DNA of 62,790 nucleotides, filler included, from Globobulimina sp. (GCA_003354225.1; 24 parts of 24 records of this genome joined end to end with filler, not necessarily neighbours in it); one strand, 5' to 3'; counted from the whole stretch's first letter, positions 1 through 10,913 are shown. Numbers and translations are program-made. The notes: generated by a model from the letters alone, not told the origin.

Positions 1-2
1 AT

Positions 3-149
3 AATACGATTTTGAAAGCGGTCGAGGTCAGTGACCATCGGGTGAGGAGTTGGAAGAGAAAGATGGTTGGTAGTTATAGCAATAATGGAGCTGTTGATGT
101 GAATGAGAGTGACAGCGATCACGGAGAGGGTGAGAAAATATTAGTTTAA
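3..149 (+). CDS. 3' end of an unknown gene
   Basis: Frame is open from the contig start to TAA at 147-149; coding-like composition followed by an AT-rich 3' region. Confidence 0.4.
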   Translation, partial: NTILKAVEVSDHRVRSWKRKMVGSYSNNGAVDVNESDSDHGEGEKILV

Positions 150-243
150 ATTTAGGAATATTTGGCTGGCTTGTTTGTTTGTTGCTTTGTATATTGTTAT
201 TTATAAATTACGTTTGTTTCTGAAGCCTGTCGTTTTTTGAAGC

Positions 244-312
244 CTTTCATTGTTCGTAATATTTAACAGAGTTATCTTTCATTGTTCGTAATATTTAATA
301 GAGTTATCTTTC
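244..312 (+). repeat. 32-bp tandem duplication
   Basis: CTTTCATTGTTCGTAATATTTAA(C/T)AGAGTTAT twice, plus a partial third copy. Confidence 0.9.
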
Positions 313-382
313 TCCATATTTGGCACTTTGTTGAACATTTGGGTCAATGTTTGCTGTCTTTGTTTAAATTCTTTGGTCTCTT

Positions 383-643
383 TTGGCTTTCGTATCGATA
401 GATCCATCGCTATCGATAGACGCCAAAGAATTATCGTTTCTGTTTAAGAAACACAAAGCAGAAAAAGACAAAGAATCAAAAACTATCTATTTTAAGAAGA
501 CTACCAATCGCTTCTTCGATGATGATCATTATATTCGGGATAATCTTCGTGAATTAGTTGATAATTTGGGTCTGTTAGATTTAAAAATAACTATTTGCAA
601 TAAAATTAATAATAAATTATCAAGAATCATATTAACAAACTAA
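383..643 (+). mobile_element. Probable C-terminal remnant of a Penelope-like RT ORF (upstream partial tandem copy)
   Basis: Ends KITICNKINNKLSRIILTN*, resembling the post-thumb motif of Penelope-like RTs; lies directly upstream of the main ORF in the same orientation. Confidence 0.35.
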
Positions 644-1124
644 ATTATTCAACAACTTTAAAATATGAATAAAAATCATTGTTTTATTATTATTTATTTA
701 ATTTTTTATTTGTGATTGTTTGTTCTATTTTGTATTTCTTTTATTTGGTTGACTTTTACAGTACAAACAAATAATTGTTAATATTTCCATCGGGTTATTT
801 GTTTTTTTGCTATATTTTGTTGTTGAGTATGATTATAATTGTACTTACTCAACTTATTTAAGTGTTAATTAAATAAAAAACTTCTTTCCTTGTGCTTAGA
901 GTCTCACATTTAGAGACGAGGTACCACATTAAAATATTACCAATTCATATTAGATTAATTGAATTGTACAACAACGAGTCTCCAAAATACTTCATTGTAT
1001 TTCCCCTTTTATATTTAGATTTGCTGTCCCTGTCACTCTGACAACCAGTTTTATCATACACCGTTGTATTAGCGTACAACATCAAAACTACGTCTATTAT
1101 CATAGCGTAACCCGAAATATATTC

Positions 1125-2522
1125 ATGTCTGGCCGTGGTAAATCACCATCGCACTTTCAGCGTCTTTCCCAAAAACGAGATAATAATAATAATAACAATA
1201 AAATCTCAAGAAAGAGAAAATATAGTTCACCGCCTTCAAAACGTATAAAATATGGTATTGACTAAATTATCCAAAAAACGGAATAAGAAAAAAGAATGGA
1301 TTAAAAATATCGAAAATTCAAATTATAAAAATAAACTCAAGAAAATTGAAGAAAATCTGTATTTAAAATTAAATGATGACATTGTAAATATTTGTCCATC
1401 ATACAAATTAATTAGAGCCAGAAGAGAAGAAATTAAATCTCGTATTAACGGAACTAACGTGAATCTGAAAAAGATCCATATTAAGTTATTACGGTCAAAA
1501 ATTAAGAAATTTCTTGAATTTTCACAACAAAAGAAACTGAGCGAGGAAAATGAAAATAATAACGACAATAAAATGGAAGAAGATGACTCGGATGACATTG
1601 ACAACAAAGATATCCCTAAAATTGTCAACAAAAACAAAATCCAAACAGTTTGGAAAGAGCACGACATTTTGGACCATTTTAATTTTGCAACAATGAAAAT
1701 ATGACAATTAAATGGATTGATATTTAATAATAACATTAAAAATAATTCAATCGATGAATTACTTATAATTAAAAACAATTTATTCAAATATCATTCAATA
1801 ATCCCATATTCTCAAAAATATCTCTTTAACTTTCAGTCATTCACAACGCCAAAATTCGCAGCAACTTTAGCTAAATTTGGAAAAAATTGTGTTTTGGATA
1901 ATGTTGACATTGTTTTGTACATCAAACAATTGAAAATCGCATCAAAATCAATAAAAAGACAAACAACAATACATTGTAAAAAATCATCATTAGATCCAAA
2001 CACAATTTCAAATGCGTATAAAATTTATGACTATAAAATGAAAAATTATTACAAAAACATTGAAAATTATTATTGGAAATACAAAAAATCGATTAAATCT
2101 GATATTAATTTTAACAAAATAACACAATTTCAATTTGAACAGTTCAAATCAAATAATTTTGTCTTCGTTGAGCTGGATAAAAATATGGGCCTCGAAATTA
2201 TGACTAAAAGTCAATTATATGAGAGCTCCTACAATTTATTAGATGGAGAGAACTTTATTACACTTTCCAACGAAGAATGGGAAGTTTCAAGATGTCTTAC
2301 ATTAAATATCTATGATTTTCATTGGAAATTCAAGAAAAATTATAATGAATTATGGCAATTACAAAATGAAGCCGGTTATTGGTCGTTTGTCAATGGCTTA
2401 TTTGACATAATTAACAGCAAAATTTATCCAAAAATTGCTAAAATCGGTGCATTACACAAAATCCATAAAGGAAAGCCATTTTCGTGGCGACCAGTATTAT
2501 GTTTAGGAAATCATCCAACTAA
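1125..2522 (+). mobile_element. Penelope-like retroelement ORF, N-terminal part and start of RT (interrupted, truncated at contig end)
   Basis: FVELDKNMGLEIM (DKG/DKN motif) and GALHKIHKGKPFSWRPVL (KxHK...RP motif); ORFs 1252-1704 and 1717-2522 share one frame and are split by a single TGA. Confidence 0.8.
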
Positions 2523-2622
2523 NNNNNNNNNNNNNNNNNNNNNNNNNNNNNNNNNNNNNNNNNNNNTTAATTAATTAANNNNNNNNNNNNNNNNNNNNNN
2601 NNNNNNNNNNNNNNNNNNNNNN
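2523..2622. other. Artificial contig spacer (first of 23; recurs about every 2.62 kb)
   Basis: N-run + TTAATTAATTAA (stop codons in all six frames) + N-run, 100 nt; flanking contigs are unrelated and sorted by length. Confidence 0.98.
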
Positions 2623-3902
2623 TGATAAATAAATTAAATCAGATCCAATTCCGGTACAAAGAAAATCCATTGACTGTTTTTGATCGGTTCCAAATACTAT
2701 GTGGTAATATAGAATTATGTACAAATTTATTGAATGATGACTTAACTGCCGATGCCCAAATACCTCATTTGACAGATCGTGACAAATGGATTCAATTAAA
2801 ACGGATCTTTATTACGCAAAACAATGTGCAATCTCATAATAATATATCCAAAATTAATGATAAAGTCAAAAAACACATTGGTAATCGAAATCCGATAACG
2901 TTGCAGCAATTTGTTGATTTAATATTAGCGCTGCCCGATATCGTCGTACCTCGCGTACATGCCGATGATCGAAATTACCAATATAAGATATACAAAGATG
3001 AGCCGAGTGCCACATCTTTATTTCAGGCACAATCACGGCCATATAATACATATGCAGATAGCGGTCGAGGTAACTATAGAGGTCGCGGACGAGGACGAGG
3101 TAGCTTTAGAGGCAGTTTCCGTGCCCGCGGCAGAGGCAATTTTAGAGGTAGTTACCGTGGCAGACGTGGAGGTTTTAGAGGTGGTGGTTTTAGGCAACGC
3201 GGACGTGGTAGCTATGGACGTGGCGGCTATCGTGGATATGGTGGAAGCAGGGGACGAGGAAACGGCTCCCAACGTGGTCAAAAGCGTAGTTTCGATGATA
3301 TGCGGTCGAATTCATCTAGAAATAATGCAGAATGTTACCGATGCGGCAAATACGGACATTTCTCACGTGATTGCCGCAGTAAACGACATAAAAGCGGTCA
3401 ACCACTTGGTTGGAACGACCAACGTCCGACAAATACTACCAATCCATCACAAAATGCACAAAATCCATCACAAAATGTACCAAATAATAATAGGAACAAT
3501 AACCAACCAAATATACCAAATATAACTTGTTATCGTTGCGGCTTTGATGGCCATGGACGCAGAGATTGTATGGCCACTATAAATAAGAAGGGACAGCCAA
3601 TAAATGACTATCGAACCAATGCTGTAAAGCAGCAGCTGTCCCTCCAACAAACGCTAAATGACTCTCATATGAATAATCAGCCGCAAATCCAACAAAACTG
3701 CCAACAAAACCACCAACAGCAAAACCTACAAAATGACCAAACTCAGCAGCAACAAAATAACCAACAGCATAATCCACAAAATGTACAACAACATACACAC
3801 AGAAATAACAAAAATAAAAATAAAACTAAACAAAATAGGTCAAATCCCCGGAGTGGTAATACCCCCACAAACATCCAACACTTTCCATTTTTCCACCAAT
3901 AA
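2623..3902 (+). mobile_element. gag: Ty3/gypsy gag (5' partial), RGG-rich, two CCHC zinc knuckles
   Basis: CYRCGKYGHFSRDC and CYRCGFDGHGRRDC; long RG/RGG tract; followed by pol. Confidence 0.88.
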
Positions 3903-5144
3903 TAAACAAAATAAATACATAAATGATATTAATCGAGTCAGAAGTAGCGAATATGGCTACTTTCGCGGACTATACTCCTTAATAAACGACGACGACACTG
4001 ATAAACATTTAATACCTTCCGCCGACCAGCCACAATTTTATGTATCTCCAATTTCAAACACTTACCATATAACTCCCGATAATGAAATTTATATTGATAA
4101 TGATGACGAATTATTTGATTCTGATTCAGACGAATTGATTGGTGCCAGTTTGGCACAAATTCCATGCCTTTCCAATGTATTACTAAATCATCCATATTAT
4201 AATAAAAATAAAATGTGTGAAATATATGCAATGGACACAATAAATACTGCCGATATCGAAGTACCTATAAACCACATCACATTTGATATCGATGTGCCAT
4301 TTTCCGCGTCAATCACTGCCGTCGCCGATGATGGCTCTAATATACAATGCATAAATAAGAAAATTGCAGATAAATATGAGCAATTTTTAGCTCGCGATCG
4401 CCGCAAATCGCGTATTCGAACTGGTAGCGGCTATGTTGACGTCTACAAATATTTGCCAGTTCATATTAAATATAAAAATAAAGAGATCCATACGAAATTC
4501 TATGTAATTGATGAACTGCCATACGATTATTTAATAGGCAGGAGTTTAATACGTACGTTGGGGTACGATTTGGTCCGTGTTTATGAACCATACCACCATC
4601 CACCAGAAAATAATGACGACGCGCAATTGTTTGATAATATGCGTTGCGAACAATATCCAGTCCCAACGCCCAAACCATTCGATGTTACACAGGCAAATAT
4701 AAAGATTGCTGCCGCAAAAGAGCCTATATATAATTTATTAAATCAATATCAAAATATCATTTCAAAAAATGAATTTGAGGCAGGAATCATACCGGATGTC
4801 AAGTTTCATATTGAATTTAAAGATAATATCGATACGACACCAATTCGATCCTCCCGATACCGATACAGTCCGCAACATTTTAAGGAGATGAAGCGCCAAA
4901 TAGATCACTTAAGAAAAATAAAAAAAATCGAATATTCTAACTCCGAATGGCGTTCTCCATTGTTCCCAATCCCAAAAAAAACCGGAGATATACGGATCGT
5001 TTTTGACTATCGGCGTTTAAACGCAATCACAAAAAACGACCGTTTTCCATTACCGAATATCACACAAACACTGCATAAATTCCATCGGAAAAATATTATT
5101 TCATCATTGGATATGAAGGGGGGATATTGGCACATTCCCCTCGA
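3733..5144 (+). mobile_element. pol: Ty3/gypsy pol (aspartic protease and N-terminal RT), truncated
   Basis: Protease-like AVADDGS...LIGRSLI; RT motifs SEWRSPLFPIPKKTGDIRIVFDYRRLN, DRFPLPNI and SLDMKGGYWHIPL. Confidence 0.93.
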
Positions 5145-5244
5145 NNNNNNNNNNNNNNNNNNNNNNNNNNNNNNNNNNNNNNNNNNNNTTAATTAATTAA
5201 NNNNNNNNNNNNNNNNNNNNNNNNNNNNNNNNNNNNNNNNNNNN

Positions 5245-5447
5245 GGCTCGGCCCTTTGATCAGCGGCTATCTGGACGGATCCGGCATCCCCCGACGTGCC
5301 AGGCGCATCGCAATCTTTATGATCTGGACGACCATCTCCTTTTCGGCGCTGTTGCTGGTCACCATGCTCTGGGTGCAACTGCTGCTGTTCGCGATTGCAG
5401 TTGGAGTGACGATCTACCTGATGCGCCTGCCGGTAAGCGAAGGGTAA
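5245..5447 (+). CDS. Bacterial YbaN/DUF454-family membrane protein, C-terminal fragment
   Basis: GC-rich; LGPLISGYLDGSGIPRRARRIAI followed by two hydrophobic helices ending RLP. Confidence 0.7.
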
Positions 5448-5467
5448 ACATCAGCGATCGATCATAT

Positions 5468-5506
5468 AAAAAAGCCAACACCCTATTTCAAAGGTGCCGG
5501 CTTTTT
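5468..5506 (+). terminator. Intrinsic terminator, probably bidirectional
   Basis: AAAAAAGCC-aa-CACC...GGTG-cc-GGCTTTTT hairpin about 20 nt after the stop codon. Confidence 0.7.
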
Positions 5507-5576
5507 CTGTTTAACGTTCTGGTTCTTCTGTCACGAAGAGTCGTAAGATATCGCGCTACTTTTGCCCAACAATCGT

Positions 5577-5890
5577 TGAGTGCTGGATATCCTGCCATTC
5601 GATCCCGACCGTGCGACAGAGGGTGAGCGTCTCAAACAGAGCCGCACGAATCTGCGGATCGTTTGGTGCCTTGCAATGGGCGTCCGGAGTCGCTCCATCA
5701 CTGCGCCCATGGCTTGCTGCTTTCTACAGGAACCTGAACCTCCCAGGTTTGGCGTGGGTATCAGGATCTCCGGAAGTCGTCAACGAAGTGCTAAACAGAG
5801 TCGGAAGGGATGGTTGCCTGTCGGAAGGAATCGCAGGCACTGGTGCGAAAGCAGGAATGCGCTTGAAGTACGTCGGCCGCACTAGTGTAG
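5577..5890 (+). ncRNA. Candidate bacterial structured RNA (possibly CsrB/Rsm-like)
   Basis: Several hairpins (CCGCA/TGCGG, ATGGGCG/CGCCCAT, TGCCTG/CAGGCA, GCA-GGAA-TGC) and clustered GGA motifs; no credible ORF. Confidence 0.35.
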
Positions 5891-5903
5891 CAGACCCAGG
5901 GGG

Positions 5904-7688
5904 CTGGAGAGGCTGGTGGCCAAAGAGATCAAATTGAACAATAACATGCAGAAAAAGCATATGGTGGACGCCATAAAAGAGCGCCAAATCAAAGCAGAGA
6001 AAAAAAAAGAGAAAATCAAGAAAAATAAAAAAAAGCCCATCATTAAAGTGAATAAAAAATTAGCGAACCTGGAGAAGTTAAATCAGTTCGAGACCAAGAA
6101 AAAGCAGGAAAACTTGAAGAAACGTTTGAAAAATGCGGAAAATAAACGACATTTGAATCAATTAAATCGGTTCCAGTCTCGCAAGGATTCACTGTCCAAA
6201 TCACGCAGGGATTCACTCTCTGTTTCCATCTCGACCTCGAAGGATGACATCATACCTCCGGTGGCCACGGAAGACAACGAAATGGAGCCTAAATTGAACG
6301 ATATTGACAGTAATAAATATGTCGATATTGCCTGTATGCGGCGGCTAAGTGGCAAGTTTTTGCAGATTCCGAGAGTGGTTCGAAAATCGTCTGCGAGCTG
6401 CACTGATTTGTACGTAAATATCGAGAGCTTATACAATAACACGAATAATATATTGCTAAGCAACGGGAAGCCCAAAAATGTGTGCAACATTGACGATATT
6501 TTGAAGGTTTGGTTCAAGAATACAAATAAGATAAATTTTAGCAATGCCAAGTATAACAAGGACGTGTTGTTGGTTATAAACCGATTGATATGTTTTGATT
6601 TGAATAAATTGAATATTAAGTCGGCAAAGTTGATGATCAAAAATTTAATTTTACTGTCTAAGAATAGAATGGGTTTGGAATTGTTGTCGTTTAGGTACAG
6701 TTTGAAGTTGTTGACGTATTATAAATTTTGTTTGCATGAATATTTTCTGAAACAGCATCAGATTTATAAGCGGATATTGCCACAGATCTCCATTGTTTTG
6801 GTCAAGATTTTGCAGAATTTGCAGGTCGATGTTTTGGTGAATGTGAATAAGGAAAAAGAATATAATAAATTTAAGCGACAGACGCAGTCTTTTTTACTAT
6901 TGAATGTGTATAAATCATCTGTTTTAAGTGTGATATCTGCGGTTTTTAAATCGATTTCAAATGAAAATTATGGAAATTATGAGACCGATCAACGAATTAT
7001 CGATGCGATATTAAATGTGTTGGTGGAGATTCCGCTGATTGGAAAGGATAACGATACGCAGTCACAAATGGCAGAGATTTGCGAGTTAATCAATAATCAA
7101 ATGGTAAAAATGCAAATTATTGATTTTATTTATAAATTAATTCATAAATCGATCAAAGTGTTTAATAAGAAATCGCTAACCATCATATCGAAGTGTTTTG
7201 AATTGCTAATTTTTAATAAGATAATTGTCACAAAATTGTTAATCAAAAATAAAGAGAATATCATTGATAAATTTTATAAAATATTAACATTTTTATTTGG
7301 TTTCATTTGCAATGATTTTAATGTGGATTGTGATTATATTTTGCAAGCGACAAATAATATATTTTCGTTTATTGCATTAATAGCGGTGAATAATAAACAA
7401 ATTCAAGATGTTTTTGATAAGGATTTAATTAATAAGTTATGTAAAAATATTCCATTTTATTTTATTTTGCAACCAAATGGACAAAATATATTATTTCCTC
7501 TCCTAATCGCAATCTCGTTGAATCATGTAAAAAATTTTAATTCTATTAAATTATCACTAAATATAAAACATTTGCAAGTGTGGTTAAAACGAAACATTCA
7601 TCAAAATAATAAAAATAATCTAAGCCAATTTAGCGATAAAATACCATCCAAAATATGGGCAAATTGTTTACGTTTTTATAATGTATAA
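5904..7688 (+). CDS. SCAPER-like protein, C-terminal part (5' end lost at a chimeric junction)
   Basis: Lys-rich coiled coil, then C-terminus KLCKNIPFYF...ILFPLLIAI..N..N...KIPSKIWANCLRFY resembling the SCAPER C-terminal motif. Confidence 0.7.
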   Translation: MERLVAKEIKLNNNMQKKHMVDAIKERQIKAEKKKEKIKKNKKKPIIKVNKKLANLEKLNQFETKKKQENLKKRLKNAENKRHLNQLNRFQSRKDSLSKSRRDSLSVSISTSKDDIIPPVATEDNEMEPKLNDIDSNKYVDIACMRRLSGKFLQIPRVVRKSSASCTDLYVNIESLYNNTNNILLSNGKPKNVCNIDDILKVWFKNTNKINFSNAKYNKDVLLVINRLICFDLNKLNIKSAKLMIKNLILLSKNRMGLELLSFRYSLKLLTYYKFCLHEYFLKQHQIYKRILPQISIVLVKILQNLQVDVLVNVNKEKEYNKFKRQTQSFLLLNVYKSSVLSVISAVFKSISNENYGNYETDQRIIDAILNVLVEIPLIGKDNDTQSQMAEICELINNQMVKMQIIDFIYKLIHKSIKVFNKKSLTIISKCFELLIFNKIIVTKLLIKNKENIIDKFYKILTFLFGFICNDFNVDCDYILQATNNIFSFIALIAVNNKQIQDVFDKDLINKLCKNIPFYFILQPNGQNILFPLLIAISLNHVKNFNSIKLSLNIKHLQVWLKRNIHQNNKNNLSQFSDKIPSKIWANCLRFYNV

Positions 7689-7953
7689 AAGAGTGTAAAA
7701 TGTGTGTTTTTTGTTTGTTTTTGTTATGTGAATTATTCCTTTGCCGATTTATATATAATAACAGACNNNNNNNNNNNNNNNNNNNNNNNNNNNNNNNNNN
7801 NNNNNNNNNNTTAATTAATTAANNNNNNNNNNNNNNNNNNNNNNNNNNNNNNNNNNNNNNNNNNNNCGTCATACTAGCAAAGATTATGATGAGGGATTTC
7901 AAAGTCGGGGCAAAGTTAGCGGTCAGCTTTCTAATGAAAAAGTACATCGAAAA

Positions 7954-10388
7954 ATGACCGAAAGTTCTCTAGAGCAGGCTAATGCTAGCTTAGGAGAGCT
8001 TCAAGCCCAATTAGACGCCGCCAGAGCTGAAACTGACCGAATAAACTTAGAAAAAGACCAAATGTTTCAACAACAACAACGTATTCAAGAACAACAGAAA
8101 CAGTTTCAAGAACAACAAAAACAGCAACATCAGATTCAACAGAAACAGTTTCAAGAACAACAAAAAGAGTTGGCAGCATTGAAAGCTGGTATAGGGGCTG
8201 TGGTAACAAATCATAGTCTTGTGCCCCCAATCAGTGCTTTTCGTCCAATCACACCTGTAGCTACGGTAGCAATGAATGCTGGAGCTAATACAGTACCCCA
8301 ACCTATTTTCGGTTTTCGTGATCCCACCCTTCTTCCTTCTGGACCACCCATGATCAATAGAGTGTACGATCATCCGCCACCTATTGTACCAAACTGGGGA
8401 AATAATGGCTACGTACCACCAATTGCCGGCATACGCCCAGAGAATCGATTTTCATCAACATCTCGTTTCCCGCGTTTGAGCAACACTGAAAGAAGCTCAG
8501 CGCAAAGTTGGAAATCGAGGCCTTCAGAAAGAAGCGCTTCTAAATCAAGATACCCCCTTTATTCGTTCCCACAGATACCCCTTTCTCATGTGCCCCCTCA
8601 AAGTACACAACCACCTGGTTCAACGGGCCATTTGAATCAGTCCACAGGAGTCAGTGTCGAGCATGCAGTAACTTCCCAGCACATCAGCGATGAAGTGTCG
8701 ACCGGTACCCCTATTGCTCCCCCCAATCCTTTGCTTATACGCGCAGAAACGGCCGAAGAATCTTTAGCTCAAGCCCATCGAGAGAATTTTGCCCTTAAAA
8801 AGATCGTAGAGGCAACTAAAGACAAAAAGAAAAATAAGAAAGTGAATTGGGAAGAGACTAGTATACCAAATCCAACGCCCAATGTGCAGCGACCTCGTCC
8901 ACCCCAGGCGTCCGAAGGGGGTAGGAACCCGTGCTCTAATGTACCCTTCGATTCAGTTCCCATTGTACCACTGTCTGCGGAGAATCATTTGGGAAGCAAA
9001 CCAGTCACTAGATCGCCACCCTTTGTTCCAATTAATGAGTCTGATCTTTATGATCGGATACATTCCCTCAATTTTGCCCCCCAAACTTCTACAGAGACCC
9101 CCCAAGTGTCTACTAGTAGAATTGACCCTTTATCCAATGTTACCAATCTTAGAGGTGCTCTTCGACAAACGACGACCAGTAACGTGTCCAATACAGTACC
9201 CCTTATGACTACCATTCCAATTGGTATATCTCAAACGAAAAGTACCCCTATTCGTGATTATGGTGCTAGTGGCGGCCCTTTAAAAGCCACTGGAGGTTCT
9301 GAACCAGTCTATTATCCACAACCAGGTGTGCCAACACACTTGGCCCCCCCTTTACGTCCATCAGCTCCAACAGCTCATACAACTGAACCATATGGACCCC
9401 CCCATTCATCTATACCATATCCATACGGTACCCCTATGACTACAAGTATACTTAAACCCACTGGTGTGTTGCCCCCTTCTTATGATAGAGGACGAGGCGG
9501 CCCATCTGACGATTCCCCAAGTGACGGTTCGTCTAGCTCCAGCGACAACAGTCGTAGAGCCCGACGTCATAAAAGTCATCATGCATCTAAACGTAGCAAC
9601 CCCAGATCATCGCGGCATTCCCGAACCTATTCTATGGACAGACTTGTGCACAGTGTCGATGCTTTGTGTGGCCGTGTTAACACTCGCTCTGAAAAAGTGC
9701 CAACAGTGTTTCAAGCACAAAAGGTAACACAGTTCAATCCAAGCAAAGACAAATATGAACAATGGGTTTACAAACTGGAAATTTACTTCAATTGTGTGAA
9801 TTGTACTCGAGAAACTGAAAAGATTTCTAAATTTGTAATGCTCACCACTGATTTATGTTTCACTTTCTTGTCAACCTTGTCCCATGACACCCTAACTAGT
9901 TATGAGCTTTTGAAAAGCGCATTTCTTGTCAGATACGGCGACACTCGCGAACTTGGCGAAAAGTTTAGAGATTTAGCCGACATTAGTCAAGGTAATAGAA
10001 CTGTACAGGAATACTTTGAAGAATTGGAAGATGCCATTGGAAAAATCTCACCTGAGCGACTTGTCGATTTGGACCCTTTTGTTTTGCACAAATTCGAGAC
10101 CGGTCTTAGAATCGATATTTATGCAAAATATCGAGACAGAGTGGATATTAATCCGCCAGCCACATTAGACGGTCGAAAGAAAATTGCTATCGCTTGTGAA
10201 AAATTGTTAAGAGATGAAATGTATGAAAGAGGCACCGCACAATATTTACAAAATGCAACCAAACAACAAAATCGCAATTTAGATCAAAATCAGAATCGCG
10301 ATCGTAATCGTACTGTGCCTTTTCGTCGCTCAAGCGTCGACTTTCAGAAACAACCAACTTATTATCCCGAAAAACGCGTAATCTCTGA
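7954..10388 (+). mobile_element. gag: LTR-retrotransposon gag with long Pro/Ser-rich N-terminus (truncated)
   Basis: Retrotransposon gag capsid signature EQWVYKLEIYF...SYELLKSAFLVRYG...ISQGNRTVQEYFEEL; no introns. Confidence 0.8.
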
Positions 10389-10488
10389 NNNNNNNNNNNN
10401 NNNNNNNNNNNNNNNNNNNNNNNNNNNNNNNNTTAATTAATTAANNNNNNNNNNNNNNNNNNNNNNNNNNNNNNNNNNNNNNNNNNNN

Positions 10489-10642
10489 CTTTATTTTGTA
10501 AGCGGATAATTATTTCTGTTAATACTTCAGCATTATAACTGTGACCATAATTCTTTTCATACACACGAAATGCGCGTGTTACATAATTTGTTGTAAATCC
10601 AACAGCGACGAGTAACTGATGAATCTCAGTTTTGGTTGACAT
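10489..10642 (-). CDS. 5' end of a gene starting with a UBA-like helical module
   Basis: MSTKTEIHQLLVAVGFTTNYVTRAFRVYEKNYG...; similar module in the ORF at 55034-56343. Confidence 0.55.
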
Positions 10643-10913
10643 TGGAAACTTTAAAAAAACAGTGTTGCTACAAAGCTGGCAATATGAACTTCCATTTATG
10701 CACATCTGTGTTTTGAAGCAATCATATATAAACAATTTTCTTTGCATAAATCATATACAAAATATCGACCAGGGGGTGTTATCTGGGAAGAACCATTATA
10801 TTGTGCAAGTTGTAGCAGTCAATGAGAAATTATAAATATTTGATGGACCAAAAAAAATCAGAATTGAAATAAAAACAACATATTATTAAAAACAGTCATA
10901 GATTGATGGTTAT

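Noticed and set aside
643..1124. Canonical hammerhead ribozyme or SECIS element
   Set aside because: I could not find a CUGANGA/GAAA core or an AUGA-AA-GA kink-turn with proper stems.
2959..3525. Overlapping Val/Ala-rich ORF in gag, and similar antisense ORFs elsewhere
   Set aside because: These are shadow frames of low-complexity or stop-poor coding sequence.
5916..5935. GroEL start (MAKEIK)
   Set aside because: The match comes from translating GTG as Met; the frame reads LERLVAKEIK and continues as a SCAPER-like protein.
5580..5987. Short ORFs 5580-5885, 5611-5937 and 5724-5915 as genes
   Set aside because: They overlap each other, show no recognisable motifs and cross the chimeric junction.
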